Shown one piece after another: positions 23,720-37,199 of a DNA stretch of 64,000 bases. The stretch is from Mobula hypostoma (Eukaryota): assembly GCF_963921235.1 (NCBI RefSeq), contig NC_086108.1, positions 91,700,001-91,764,000 of the forward strand, written 5' to 3'. A program made the translations under genes and the position numbers. Position 1 is the stretch's first letter. Each line of letters starts with the position of its first letter. The notes under the pieces are model-generated. The model was not told the DNA's origin. It ran no database searches and was given only the letters and a program-made list of their open reading frames with translations.

Positions 23720-24515
23720 TCCAGTTTTATTAAAATCTTTCTAATCATTGGTCTCATTTAATAGCAGTTTAAAGGTCTTGAATAGTAGTAAGCTGTCTGA
23801 AGGCTGTAAGGGTAGTCTGATGATGGGGCCACAGGACTTGCCACCTGAGACTTGAATAGATTGCTCTACTTTGTGGAATGGCATTCGTAACAAGGTCTCA
23901 GGGTCCATTGGACCGATTGGGCTGTATAACATTACTGCAGTTCAAGGATTAGTATGGGTAGCATTCATGATCTAATTCAATGTAAACACCTAGAACTGTC
24001 TTTTAATTGCCTCATCAGTTGGACTCTTAATTTATAATATATTTTTATTACCAGACTCTAAATATTCCATTTGTATTGAAATAAATTAGACATCTAAATA
24101 TGACGTTGATGCAATAAGAGCTTTACCTTCTGAATCTTCAATGTGGCTATTGTGGTAACACGTATAAATAAGTGCTTTAGTTTGTGTGCTGCTGTCAAAT
24201 GATGAGCAAGGCATCAAGCACACATGTGCCTCATGCCCTGAAGATTCCCCTTGAAGCACTAGTCTCCAGCCTCTCTGCCAATGCTTACAATGAATCAGTG
24301 ATTGAATTACTGCTAGCTGCACAGAAGTAGTAATCATGGATCTTAGCAAATAACAAACATAAACAGAATTACTTATACCTTCTTTAAAGGGTGAGAGAGC
24401 ACAGCAATCCTTGTGTCACCAAGGACACCTGGATACTCTCAGCTTTCTCTTTACACCTTGCCTTGACCAAATCCCTGTGTGCATTCATGAGCACTCTAGG
24501 GTCAGTCTGCCAATG

Positions 24516-24822
24516 AACATAGAACATGGAACAGTACAGGACAGGAACAGACCCTTCAGCCCACAGTGTCTGTGCTGTCATGATGCCAAACTAATTCCAT
24601 TTGCCTGCACAGGGTCTGTGCCTTTCCATTCCCTGCTTGTTTGAATATATTTTAAACATTGCTACTCTATCTGCTTCAAGTACTTCTCCAGACAGGATGT
24701 TCCAGGCACCTACCACTTAAAAAAAATGCCTCATAAGTCTTCTTCAAACTTCCCTCCTCACGCCTCTAAGTTATACTCTCTAGTATTTGACATTTTCACC
24801 ATGGAATAAAGACTCTGACTCT
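24516..24822 (-). mobile_element. Old CR1 3' end
   Basis: AACATAGAACATGGAACAGTACAG tail and CR1 3' UTR. Confidence 0.7.
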
Positions 24823-26155
24823 TATGGCAGAGGGGAAGAAACTGTTCCTGAAGCACAGAGTGTGGGTTTTCAGGCTCCTGTAGCTTCTCCCCAGTGGTAG
24901 TAATGAGAAGAGGGCATGGCCCTTAATAATGGATGCCACCTCCCTGAGGCACTACCTTTTGAACATGACCTCGATGGTGGGTTGGGTTGTGCTCTCAACA
25001 AAGATGGCTAAGTTCATAACCCTTTTGATCCCGTGCATTGGAGACTCCATTCCAGTGGAGATGCAACCAGTCCACCATAGATAGGTAGAAATTATCAAGA
25101 GTCTTTGGTGAGATAGAAATCTCCTCAAATCCCTAATGAAGTATAGTCACTGGCATGCCTTCTTCATGAATGTATCAATGTGTTAGACCCAGGATAGATC
25201 TTCTGAGATGTTGACACTCAGAAACTTGAAGCTGCTCACACTCTTTCCATTTCTGACTCCTCAAAGGCATCTTGTATGTGTTCTCCCATCTTCCCCTTCC
25301 TGAGCTCCACAATCTTGGTAATTGTAAATTGTCATGTGATTAGGCTAGTGTTAAATAGGTGGGTTGTTGGATGGTGTTGCTCATAGGGCCAGAAAAACCT
25401 GTGATGCAACGTATCTCTAAATAAAATTTTAAAATGAATTAGTCTTGCTGAAGTTCAGTGCAAGATTGTTGTAGCGACACCACTCAAACAGCCAATCTAT
25501 CTGACTCCTGTTTGCCTCTTCACCTCCATCAGAGATTCTGCCAACAGCAAATTTACAAATGGTGTTTGAGCTGTGCTTTGCCAGACAGTCATATGTTTAG
25601 AGAAAATACAGCAGTCTCCTAAGCATACATCCTTGACGTGTGCCTCTGTTGACTGTCAGCGAAGTGGAGATATTATTGTCAATCCATGCTGACTGTAGTT
25701 TCCCAATGAGGAAGTCGAGGATCCAGTTGTAGATGGAGGTGCAGAGGCCCAGGTTTTGAAGTTTGTTCATTCATACCGAGGGGATGATGATGTTAATGCG
25801 GAGTTGTAATCAACAAACAGCAGTCTGACTTATGTATGCCGTTGTCAAGGTGCTCCAATTCGAGTGGAGAGTCATCTGTTGTAGTTGTAGGCAAATTACA
25901 GTGGGTCCAGGCCCGTGTTCAGACAGGAATTCATTCTAGCCATGATCAGCTTCTCAAAACACTTCATCACAGGAGACGTGAGCGCTACTGTGCGAAGGTC
26001 ATTGATACAGTCCACCCTGCTCTTCTTGGGCACCAGTATGATTGATGCCCTTTTGAAGCAGATGGGAGACTCTGACTGCAGCAGTGAGAGGCTGAAGATG
26101 TCCTTGATCACTCCAGCCAGTTAGTTTGCCCAGCTTTTCAGTACCCTGCCAGTTA
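24823..26155 (-). mobile_element. Rex1/Babar LINE fragment(s), with a SINE 3' piece at about 25317-25425 (+)
   Basis: ORF 25896-26111 (PICFKRASIILVPKK...VALTSPVMKCFEKL); homologous to 10420-10866 and 12218-13100. Confidence 0.85.
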
Positions 26156-26164
26156 CCTCATCGA

Positions 26165-26575
26165 GGAGTAAGCCATTTGACCCTTTGAGCCTATTCTGCC
26201 ATTCATCAAGATCATGCCTGATTTTCTACATCAATCCCCTTTTCCTGTACTTTTGTCATATCCCTTGATTACCTTCATGTCCAGAATTTATTAGTTCTCT
26301 GCTTTGAATTAAATCAATAAGTAAGCCTTCTCAGTTCTCTAGGGGAGATAATTTCAAAGACTCATCATCCTTTTTGTGATGAAATTTCTCATTTCTCTCG
26401 TAAGCAGTCTATCTCTCATTCAGAACTTGTGGCCCCTGTTTCAAGACATCATTATCAGGGAAAACAGCCTTCCTGCATAGACCCTGTTGAGCTCTTTAGA
26501 ATTTTTTTAATGCTTTAGTGAGAGATAATTCTTCTGAAGTCTAGACAATGCAGGCTTAGTCCTTACAAACTCTGC
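26165..26575 (-). mobile_element. Old CR1 3' end
   Basis: Diverged homology to 2451-2870. Confidence 0.6.
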
Positions 26576-26877
26576 TCTCTGTTGCATGTTCAAATTTCAT
26601 TCATAAAACTACATGTACAGCCTTCTGCTTTAACTTGGTGGATCTAAACCTACTGAAACTACAGCTGCTGCGGCAGAGTCACATGGTGAAGATGCTGCTA
26701 AAATGGATAATTTTATAGAAAGGAGGTTCATTATTGAAACTAGGCCTCTCGTTCTCCTCTACCACCATTCCTGCCAAGGTGTCCCATCAACTGCTGGGGT
26801 GGCATACATCTTCTCCCTCTGTGGCTGCCTCCTGCCCTCTTGGGAATTGTGAATTTAAGAGCTTGTACCATGGTATA

Positions 26878-27414
26878 TAGAAACCATAGAAACCATAGAA
26901 ACTACAGCACAGAAACAGGCCTTTTGGCCCTTCTTGGCTGTGCTGAACCATTTTCTGCCTAGTCCCACTGACCTGCACACAGACCATATCCCTCCATACA
27001 CCTCCCATCCATGTATCTGTCCAATTTATTCTTAAATGTTAAAAAAGAACCCGCATTTGCCACCTCATCTGGCAGCTCATTCCACACTCCCACCACTCTC
27101 TGTGTGAAGAAGCCCCCCCAATGTTCCCTTTAAACTTTTCCCCCCTCACCCTTAACCCATGTCCTCTGGTTTTTTTCTCCCCTTGCCTCAGTGGAAAAAG
27201 CCTGCTTGCATTCACTCTGTCTATACCCATCATAATTTTATATACCTCTATCAAATCTCCCCTCATTCTTCTACGCTCCAGGGAATAAAGTCCTAACCTA
27301 TTCAACCTCTCTCTGTAACTGAGTTTCTCAAGTCCTGGCAACATCCTTGTAAACCTTCTTTGCACTCTTTCAACTTTATTTATATCCTTCCTGTAATTTG
27401 GTGACCAAAACTGA
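26878..27414 (-). mobile_element. Young CR1 3' end, near-identical to 10867-11400
   Basis: QFWSPNYRKDINKVERVQRRFTRMLPGLEKLSYRERL is identical in both copies; ATAGAAACC repeat tail. Confidence 0.95.
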
Positions 27415-27874
27415 CCAAAGTAAACTGCCCATTTCTGCACACAAGATCCAGGGTTACCAGTTCTCAAGCAGATGGCATTTTGGACATTGTATTCGAATAT
27501 ATTTTTCATGGAGCTTTACAATTTAGTAACAGTCCTACTCTCATTCTGCAATATTAACAAGTGTTTCCAATGACTGCAGAATTTTTTGGTCATAGCTTTC
27601 CCACAGAGAAAGGCTCTTTACAAGCATAAAAGCAAACAGAGTAAAGAAATACATTTAAAAAGGACAGTCTCCAAGAGAGATGTTGGGGGTTCACTCTTCA
27701 ATTTCATGTTTTTATGGTTTGGATAAATGGTATTTTTAAATTACAAGAAAGGTGGAGGATGAACAATTATTGATAGTTTTATGCAAAATGAGGCTCAATA
27801 AAACAATTATTGACATTCAATCAAACAAAAATATCTATTAAATAATAATAATAAATATTATTAAATGGTAATGA

Positions 27875-27957
27875 TCTGAAGGGACCTGGACCGAAATATT
27901 GACTGGTTAAGTCTCTCCATAGATGCTGACTGACCTTCTGTGTTCCTCCAGCATTTG
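27875..27957 (+). mobile_element. Short Penelope pLTR fragment
   Basis: GAAGGGACCTGGACCGAAATATTGACT...CCATAGATGCTGACTGACC...TTCCTCCAGCATTT. Confidence 0.65.
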
Positions 27958-29249
27958 GGAGGTCTTTTAGTGTACATTAGTGGCATGTATTTTATGAACT
28001 TCATTTGGGTTTATAGTGAAGGTTGAAAATGAACAGTTAGACTGCCTGAGACTAAACTGAAATTCACCTTTGGTGACTTGTGCAAAGTGCACTGAAGTTA
28101 AAGGAACTGGACGCAGGGAAGGGAGTACATTGAGAAGTTAATATTGTTGTGCCTGCTCAAGATTAGCCACAAAAGAGGAGTTTCTACTGCCTCATTCTGA
28201 CAGGCTTCTAGAAATACAATTTATGAATGTCTAGCCCACATTTTTTCCAGTTGGGAAAAGAAAAATCAGTGAGTAGGAACAGCTGTGGGAGGTCAAAAAG
28301 ATCTGTTTGATTTCAACTCAACCCTCAGCTTTCTTGTATTGGAAAAATACCATTTATTTTGCAGACATTGACACAAATTTAGCCATGTTTCTTTCAACTC
28401 TTCTGAACTGGGACCACCTTTTTGTTAATATCAAGAGCCATTGACTGGAGCCAAATAGCTGGACTGTATTCCTCAGAGTTGCACCCATAAGAAGAAAGTT
28501 TTGCTGTTTGTGCCACCTCTGACTTGTTTTTCTAATGTTTCATTCATTCTGCTCATCTTTAATTACCTTCTACATAAAACTGTCAGCATTCTAATCCACC
28601 TCCTGGATTTTGGAGATTCAATTTTTTTATCTTGAGAGTACATTGTACAAACAAGTATTGAAAAAAATTGTTGTTATGGATTCTACAAAACATTGGGTTG
28701 ATATTGCAACATACAGAGTAACAAAGGATCTAAAACTACATTTATAAATTACAAGATCCTGCACCACCTCCCCACAATTACACAAAGTACTTTTTTAATT
28801 AAAATTACAGGTTGAAAAAACAAGCTTTGTGAAACATACGGGAGAAAAAATATTTAAAGTGTGAGTGCTTTTATTGTTTGATTAATCCTATCAGGAAAGG
28901 CAACATTGAATGGAAAGAGTATTTCAGAGGGATTACTGCTAATCTGTATGTTGCAATGCGAATTGAATACTGCGGTAAATGATTACCACTTGTCAACAAA
29001 GAACAACTAAATCAGTTACTTGTGGGCGGATTCCACTAATCCAGTCTCTCCATTTCAAGCCTGGTCTCTTCCTCATAATTTTTTCTGTTATGTTTGTTTC
29101 GATGCTAAATGCTCAACATGCTATGTTACATGTATTATTTAAAGCTATTTTTTGCTTTCAAAATACTTTAAATTGTCAGGTGTACTCTGTAATACCAATC
29201 CTTCACAGCACAGTCACTGTGTGGTTGGTTTCTCTTGCAGGCAAGTGTC

Positions 29250-29720
29250 TTAACAAGAACACCTTCCATTTACACAGTACCCTTAACATAGAAATGTAAT
29301 TCTGAGACATTTCATTTAGATACAAACAGGCAAAAACAAATACTGGATGAAGACACTCAAAAGTTTGGGGAAAATAATATTTGACCACCTTTAAGAAGGA
29401 GAATAATATGGAGAGACAGAAAAGTTCAAGGCAAGCGTCTGTGGTCTGGGGGTCTAAACTGATACATGCATGTTTGCCATGACTGGAGTGAAGGATAGAC
29501 CTTATATGAAAGGTCAACCAGAGAAGAATTCAGGAAATGAATGGAAGGGAATTATAGAAAACGAGGGGGCACGAAATTTAAGGAGTTAAAACCTGTGCTG
29601 AAAGATCATGAGCCAATGTAAGTAAGAAAGCATAGGGTATTTGTAAGCATTATAATGTAGGTCTGGATAAGAATTGAAGTTTTGAATAGGCTGTAGCTAA
29701 TGAATGATACAGCAAGAAGT
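29250..29720 (-). mobile_element. Ancient L2-type LINE 3' end
   Basis: Resembles, from memory of the family, the L2 tail (CATTTACACAGTACCCTTAAC...) and adjacent 3' region; heavily diverged. Confidence 0.45.
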
Positions 29721-29734
29721 TACTTCAAAATAAT

Positions 29735-30100
29735 GGCTTTCCTATCATTAGAACATCCCAATATTCTTGACAATTAATTATTTCTGAAATATTATTCATG
29801 TTATATTGACCAGTGTGGAAGCAAAGAGACCACAAATAGTGATAAGTTGTTTTTTTCGCTCTCTCTGTGCATGGATAATTGAGAGCTAAGTGCTAGATCC
29901 CTGGGCATCATTGGCTATTCCTGCAATCTTTTGCACATGGCTCTAATGAGATCATTCATACCTATCAAACAAAAAATCAGATGAGGTCAGTGCAATAACA
30001 TACTGAAAAAATAGTAAAAATGCACGGTGTTGCTCAAAACCAGAATGAGGTGTAAGCCTAGATAATGTGTTTGTATTTGCATTTGAACCAGAAGCAGGGA
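29735..30100 (-). mobile_element. Ancient Deu-domain (SacSINE1/AmnSINE-like) SINE remnant
   Basis: Patches such as GTGTAAGCCTAGATAATGTG and GAACATCCCAA are collinear with the reverse complement of the family as I recall it. Confidence 0.4.
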
Positions 30101-31237
30101 AAAAGGACAAGGATGAATTCTATTTCTGAAAAAAAGTGCATAGATTGAAGTTCCACCTCAACTTAAAAAGTTTTACCTCAAATTCTTCTACCTTCAACTG
30201 AAGAATAAAATTGATCATTGATCAAAATATGTTTTTTTTCCAAAGTTTGGTTTATGATTTGAATGATGCTCCTTTATAGTGGATTTCCAGAATACAGGAT
30301 CTCTTTAAACAGGGTAAAAGAACTGACCTTTGATCTAAACTATTATCGCTGGTTAATATTTTCACTGCACTTGTGACTGCACGGCAGAGAAATGGATTGT
30401 ACTAAAGAATAGGAAAAAGTTAAAATTACTCATGAACAAATAAGTACGCAAACAGTAAATTAGATTACTTTTATACTTAATCATCTGTGAAAACTGCTGA
30501 GAATCAAATTTGTAACTGCATTTTGTAATATTATAGATTTGTTTATTTAATTAATGGTGAGTTGGAAAATAACATGATATTTTTCCAAAAAGATTCAGTA
30601 CTTAACACAAACATTGAGTGGATTTGGGTGTTAGATTATTCTGGCTATTATTTAGAAAGAAAGTCTCAGCTATCAGGAAATAATTATATAGAAAGTATGA
30701 ACAAAGCTTTCTTAATTACACAGAAACACTCTGTTGCCCTAATTATAGCAGTAATTTTATTTGCAAGCTTTTTAGTGGCAGGTTTTAAAAGTATGAAAAA
30801 AAAACATCATTTCAGCTTGTCTGGTAAACAGACAGAATGATCACCATGTCTGAAAAATCTGTTTAGGAAAGTAAATTATTTTGTAATGCAGTACTTTCAA
30901 AATGTTTACCATATGCAGAACTAACAGTAATATAATGTCAATTGAAGGCAAAATCTCGGTGAAGACTACTGCTATGGACATCCAAATTCAGGAAGAAGAA
31001 TTCAAACATCGGTGAGCCCCAGCATCAATAATGAAGTCTTTATCAAAGAGGTGTGTAGTGCACCTCTGGTTACCTTTCACTATAATTTTCCATCCCACTT
31101 TCACTCTGATCTGACAATGACTCTCATTGAAACCCTTTCTCACAGTGAGTTATACCTACACACAATAACAGTAAGCCAATAAAATTTCAATAGTCTGAGC
31201 CTGGGAGAAGGCTCAGATAAGGTTTTAGTTGGACTCA

Positions 31238-31254
31238 TTCCACCAGGGGGCAAC
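31238..31254 (+). promoter_or_regulatory. Candidate CTCF site
   Basis: TTCCACCAGGGGGCAAC contains the canonical core CCACCAGGGGGC in non-repeat sequence. Confidence 0.4.
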
Positions 31255-32228
31255 ACTACCGAGACTCCAGTTCAAAATCAAGATCAACCAGGAAATTGGG
31301 AATGAAATGAGTATCAACTATTGAGTGAGGCAGCTTCAAAATGGTAGTCCTAGGTAGAAGTTTGCAATGTTACCTTCAAAGATGGCTGCCAAAAATACAT
31401 CAAAAAGCAAGACCTTATTTGCCTGATTTCATTGACCTTTTAAAGAAGTTAACAGACTATGCAGAAAATGGTAATAAAAAATCATTAAAAATGATTTTCA
31501 AAAGATATTCAATAATGTTCCCAAAAGGGACTAATGTGCAAAGCTGGAAAATTCAAAGTCAGGCAGCAGCAATGCAGTGTGGATTGCAGAGTCACAAATT
31601 CATACAACGCTGAAACATGCCCTTTGATCCATCGAGTTTATATTGCTCATTGTACCTATCAACACTAATCCTATTTATTCGCATTCGGCCTGCAGCCTTC
31701 TATGCTTTATCAATTTAAATACTTGTCTGTTTGGCTTCAAGTCAGAAAGTAGAGGGCGGAAGCAAAAGGTATCTATTTGTAGTGGAAGGAAATGGGTAGC
31801 GTCACTGCAGGCCCTTTGCTGTTCCCAATTTACATTGATTTAGATTTTGCAATCAGGAACATGGCTTTTGAAATTTAAGACTAATAACATATTTGGGGGT
31901 AAGGTTGGCAGGGAGAATTGTCAGTACTGACGATGGTAATAGGCAATAACAGATGAACGTTAATAAATAAATGAGAAAATAATCAGTGGGTTATAGTCAA
32001 TGTAAATAAATATGAGTTGGCTCATTTTGAAGAATTGAGATGTCTCTTTTCTCTTGGAAGATAGAGGATTTGGATGGGTAGAGGAAAAAAGGAATATTAG
32101 AATACAAATATACCAGTCATTGAAAATTGCATCACAGATTAGCAAGGTCAATAAGAAGGCAAAAAGTTTTTTGAGTAACATGCATATTTGTTGCTTAATA
32201 AAGCAGTATAAACAAGCATCAAATAATG

Positions 32229-34401
32229 AACCAAGAAATCTGTGAAGTGATTCACTTTGGAAGATCAAATCGGAAGGCAGAATACAAGGTAATTGGCAGG
32301 ATTATTAGCAGTGTGGAGGAACAGAGGGATCTTTGGTCCATGTCCATAGTGCTCTCAAATGTGGTGTGCAAATTGATAGGGTTATTAAGAAGGTGTATGG
32401 TATGTTGGTCTTCATTAGTTGGTGTATTGAGTTCAAGGACTTTGAGGTAACTTTGCAGCTCTATAAAACCCTGGCTAGCTGACACTTGGAATATTGTATT
32501 AATTTCTGGTCACCTCATTATAGGAAGGATGGAAGTTTCAGAGAGGGTTGCAAAGGAGATTCCCCATGATACTGCCTGGATTAATAGAACATAGAACAGT
32601 ACAGGCCCTTCGGCCCACAATGTTGTGCCGACCCTTAGATCCTACCTCCCATATAACCCCCAACCTTAAATTCCTCCATATATCTGTCTAGCAGTCTCTA
32701 AAATTTCACTAGTGTATCTGCCTCCACCACTGACTCAGGCAGTGCATTCCACACACCAACCACTGTCTGAGTAAAAAACCTTCCTCTAATATCCCCCTTG
32801 AACTTCCCACCCCTTACCTTAAAGCCATTAAAGTGGTGCCCTGGGGAAGAGGTGCTGGCTGTCCATGCTATCTATTCTTCTTATATACCTCTATCATGTC
32901 TTCTCTCATCGTCCTTCTCTCCAAAGAGTAAAGCCCTAGCTCCCTTAATCTCTGATCATTATCTATACTCTTTAAACCAGGCAACATCCTGGTAAATCTG
33001 CTCTGTACCCTTTACAATGCTTCCACATCCTTCCTATAGTGAGGCGACCAGAACTGGACACAGTACTCCAAGTGTGGTCTAACCAGAGTTTTATAGAGCT
33101 GCATCATTACCTCGCGACTCTTAAACTCTATCCCTTGACTTATGAAAGCTAACACCCCATAAGCTTTCTTAACTACCCTATCCACCTGTGAAGCAACTTT
33201 CAGAGATCTATGGACATGTACCCAGATCCTTCTGCTCCTCCACACTACCAAGTATCCTACCATTTACTTTGTACTCTGCCTTGGAGTTTGTCCTTCCAAA
33301 GTGTACCACTTCACACTTCTCCAGGTTGAACTCCATCTGCCAATTCTTAGCCCACTTCTGCATCCTATCAATATCTCTCTGCAATCTTCGACAATCCTCT
33401 ACACTATCCACAACACCATGAACCTTTGTGTTGTCTGCAAACTTGCCAACCCACCCTTCTACCCCTACATCCAGGTCGTTAATAAAAATCACAAAAAGTA
33501 GAGGTTCCAGAACAGATCCTTGTGGAACACCACTAGTCACATCCCTCCAATCCGAAAGTACTCCCTCCACCACTGCTTTCTGCAGGAGAGCCAATTCTGA
33601 ATCCACCTGGCCAGACTTCCCTGGATCTCACGCCTTCTGACTTTCTGAATAAGCCTACCGTGTGGAACCTTGTCAAATGCCTTACTAAAATCCATGTAGA
33701 TCACATCCACTGCACTACCCTCATCTATATGCCTGGTCACCTCCTCAAAGAACTCTATCAGGCTTGTTAGACACAATCTGCCCTTCACAAAGCCATGCTG
33801 ACTGTCCCTGATCAGACCATGATTCTCTAAATGCCCATAGATCCTATCTCTAAAAATCTTTTCCAACAGCTTTCCCACCACAGACGTAAGGCTAACTGGT
33901 CTATAATTACCTGAACTATCCCTATTACCTTTTTTGAACAAGGGGACAACAAAGTCCCCTTGGAATGCATGTCTTATGATGAAAGGTTAAGTGAACTAGG
34001 GCTTTTCTCTTTGGAGCAAAGGAGGATTAGAGGCGACTTGATAGAGGTGTACAATATGATAAGAGCCAAGATCGAGTAGATAGCCAAAGACCTTTTCCCA
34101 GGGCAGACATGGCTAATATGAGGATGCATAATATTAATGTGGTTATGGATGTATGGGGGGGTGTGGTTCCAGAGGTAAGTTTTTACAGAAAGAGTAGTAG
34201 GTGTGTGGAATGTTGTACTGGGGTGGTAGTAGAGGCAGATATTTTAGGGGCATTTAAGGAGCTCTTAGATCACCACATGGATGATAGAAAAATAGAGTAC
34301 TATGTGGGAGGGAAGGGTTAGATTGATCTTAGAGTAGCTTAAAATGTCGGCACAACATCATGGGCCAAAGGGTCCATACTGTGCTGTAATATTCTATGTT
34401 C
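32229..34401 (+). mobile_element. CR1 LINE 3' portion split by an antisense CR1 (pieces about 32229-32583 and 33962-34401)
   Basis: CEVIHFGRSN...EEQRDL, resuming after the insertion and ending in TATTCTATGTTC. Confidence 0.85.
32584..33950 (-). mobile_element. CR1 LINE RT to 3' tail
   Basis: ORFs 33537-33941 (NYRPVSLTSVVGKLLE, YMDFSKAFDKVPH), 33208-33606 and 33012-33263; ATAGAAC repeat tail. Confidence 0.95.
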
Positions 34402-34441
34402 AATGGCTTTATCAGTCACAAACCCTAGTATAATAACCCAG

Positions 34442-34630
34442 CAACACATACAAAATACTGGAGGAACTCGGCAGGCCAGGCACCATCTATGGATAAGAGT
34501 AAACAGTCAACTTTTTGGGCCGAGACCCTTCATCAGGACTTCTTTCCATAGATACTGCTTGGCCTGCTGAGTTCCTCCAACGTTTTGTGTGTGTTGCCCA
34601 GATTGCCAGCATCTGCAGATAGTCTCCTGT
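34442..34630. mobile_element. Fold-back Penelope pLTR mini-element with 13-bp degenerate TSD
   Basis: 34442-34495 is inverted at about 34543-34597. TATAATAACCCAG (34429-34441) and TATAATATCTCAG (34632-34644). Dead hammerhead in the loop. Confidence 0.82.
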
Positions 34631-35850
34631 CTATAATATCTCAGTGTCCCTCTCTAATGCACAGGATGCCATGCTTGGCAAACATTCAGGAGTAACTGCA
34701 GCGTGATTTCATGCCCATTAATATGCGACCTAACGGCAGGACCAGCAGACGGGCTGGGCCCATGTTGTTGACTGACGTGACTCCATGAATAAGCCACTGA
34801 AGGTCACAGGAAGTGTATTCACTTAATGGTGTGAATATTAAAAATATGTTGTGAGGTGGCATTTCTGAGGCTCCATGCATGTTCAACTATACATGGTTAA
34901 AATAAAGGATTAGTTGGATGAAGTCAGGAGTAAAAGCGGAAAATACAGGTCAAACAGCATCTGAGGAGAAACTTTTTACACTGTAGAGTGTTAAGTTGTA
35001 ATTTTGGTGTCCATACTCCAGTTAATTCTGGGTGGAAAATCACCAAAGGCCGGCTGATATGGTGGCCATCTTAACTCCTGCCACAAATCTGCAAGTGTAC
35101 ATTGCTGACATCTTAGATCCAATAATATACAGCAGGCAAAGCAAATGTTTACTATCGCACTAAACATTGCAAATTTAGAGTGAACAGTCAATTCAATGCA
35201 ATGCGAAGCTATGTGCTAAAGTGAAGCTTGTAACCTCTAAACACAACAGATCATGACTGCAATATATTGCATTGGCTCTCAACCAGACATTTTGATTCAT
35301 TGTCCAATATAGTCATACAATCAATCAATTCACAAAATGCTGAAATGGCTGCACAGCGCATTAGGACTTGCAGTATTTTGCACTTCTTGGTACAAGTTCT
35401 TTAACTAATGATATGGTACAGAAATATTATATAGTATTCAGTCACACAGAGAGTATGTATGTATGTGTGTGTGTATATATATATGTACTCTCTGTATAAC
35501 TGCTGTGAAATCAACCTCACAGACTAATCTAGCCAGCAGTCTTAATTGTGATATTTTCATTTTCCGTCACTTTTCAGAGCAAAGTCTAAAATACTAAATT
35601 TATCCACTCATTCTTAGTTTTATTTCATTCTTAGTGAATTCTCAAAAGCAGAAGGGCAAAAACTACAGTTTTATTTCAGTAGTTAAAAATAGATGTAGTG
35701 ATATAACTTTTTCAAACAAAGGGACACATAGTGGTTGTTGGGAGACACTTCTAACAAATACAGCAGAACACTTACTTTTCCCTCCTGATTTATCCTGCAT
35801 GAACATCTGGGAGTACCTCTCCCAGCAAATACTACCAGGTTTGATCGTAA

Positions 35851-35981
35851 ACACAAGAGATTCTGCAGATGTTTGAAATCCAAAATAGCACACTCAAAAT
35901 GTTGGAGCTCTGCAGGCCAGGTAGTATCTTTGGAAAAGAATAAAGAAAGGATGTTTCAGGCCGAGACTCTTAATCAGGACT
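35851..35981 (-). mobile_element. Penelope pLTR terminal fragment ending at the hammerhead 5' edge
   Basis: ACACAAGAGATTCTGCAGATG...GTTTCAGGCCGAGACTCTTAATCAGGACT. Confidence 0.75.
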
Positions 35982-36214
35982 CATTGACAGGCATACTGAT
36001 CAGGTGGGAAGAATGTAGGTGGATGTGATGTTGATTGGAGAGCTAGTACACAGGGTCTGTTGTTGGGTACAGAGAATATCAGAGATTATGTGAGCATAGG
36101 GATATAAATAGCAGCAGGATGAAGGCATGCAGTTGCTGAAGTCCAAAATAGAATTCAGAATGGTCACAATTCCTCAGATTTTAGTGCTAATTCCACATAT
36201 TATAATTATACTTC

Positions 36215-37190
36215 AATCATACCGGTGCCTAAGAAGAATGTGGTAGCCTACCTCAATGACTATCGTCCAGTAGCACTTGCATCCACTGTGATGAAGTGTT
36301 TTGAGAGGTTGTTGATGAAACCTATCAACTCCTGCCTGAGAAGCGATTTGGATCTGCTCTAGCTTGCTTACTGTCATAATAGGTCCATAGCAGATGGTAT
36401 TTCATTGGCTCTTCTCTCAGCCCTGGATCATTGGGACAGTGAAGATGCATACATCAGGATGCTCTTCATTGACTGCAGCTCGGGCCTCAATACTATCATC
36501 CCCTTAAAACTAATCAATAAACTTCAGGAGCTAAGCCTCAATACTTCCATCTGCAATTTCTTCACATGCAGACCCAGTCAGTTTGGATTGGCAATATCTC
36601 CTCCAAAATCACTTTTGTTACAGGTGCACCACAAGGCTGTGTGCCTACCACCCTGCACTACTCACTTTACGCTTATGACTGTGAGGCTAAGCACAGCTCC
36701 TATGCCATATTTCAGTTTGCTGACAACATCACTGTTGTTGGCTGAATCAGAGTTGGTGATGAATCAGCATACAGGAGGGAGAATGGAAATCTGCTGAGTG
36801 ATGTCACAACAACAATCACTTACTCAATGTCAGCAAAACCAAGGAGCTGATTATTGACTTCAGGAAGAGGAAATTGGAGGTCCATGAGCCAGGCCTCATC
36901 AGGAGATCAGCAACTTTAACTTCCTCGGGTTTATCATTTCAGAGGATCTGTCCTGGGTCAGCACATGAGGAAGAAAGCATGGCAGTAGGTCTACTTTCTA
37001 CTTTCTTCCAAGTTTGTGAAGATTCGACAGGTCATCTAAAACTTTGACAAATATCTATAGATATGCAGTGGAGAGTATGTTGATGGGTTGCATCATGGCC
37101 TGGTATGGAAACACTACTGCCCTTGAACAGAAAAGCCCACAAAAAGCAGTTGGATATAGCCCCAACCATCATAGTTAAGGCCCTCCCTCA
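36215..37190 (+). mobile_element. Rex1/Babar LINE RT fragment
   Basis: PVPKK...[20 protein letters not shown] and AYIRMLFIDCSS motifs. Confidence 0.88.
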
Positions 37191-37199
37191 TGGTTCATG

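Noticed and set aside
29225..29300. Acceptor-like TTTCTCTTGCAG and ORF 28979-29299
   Set aside because: The downstream sequence is better explained as an old L2 tail on the minus strand, and there is no donor.
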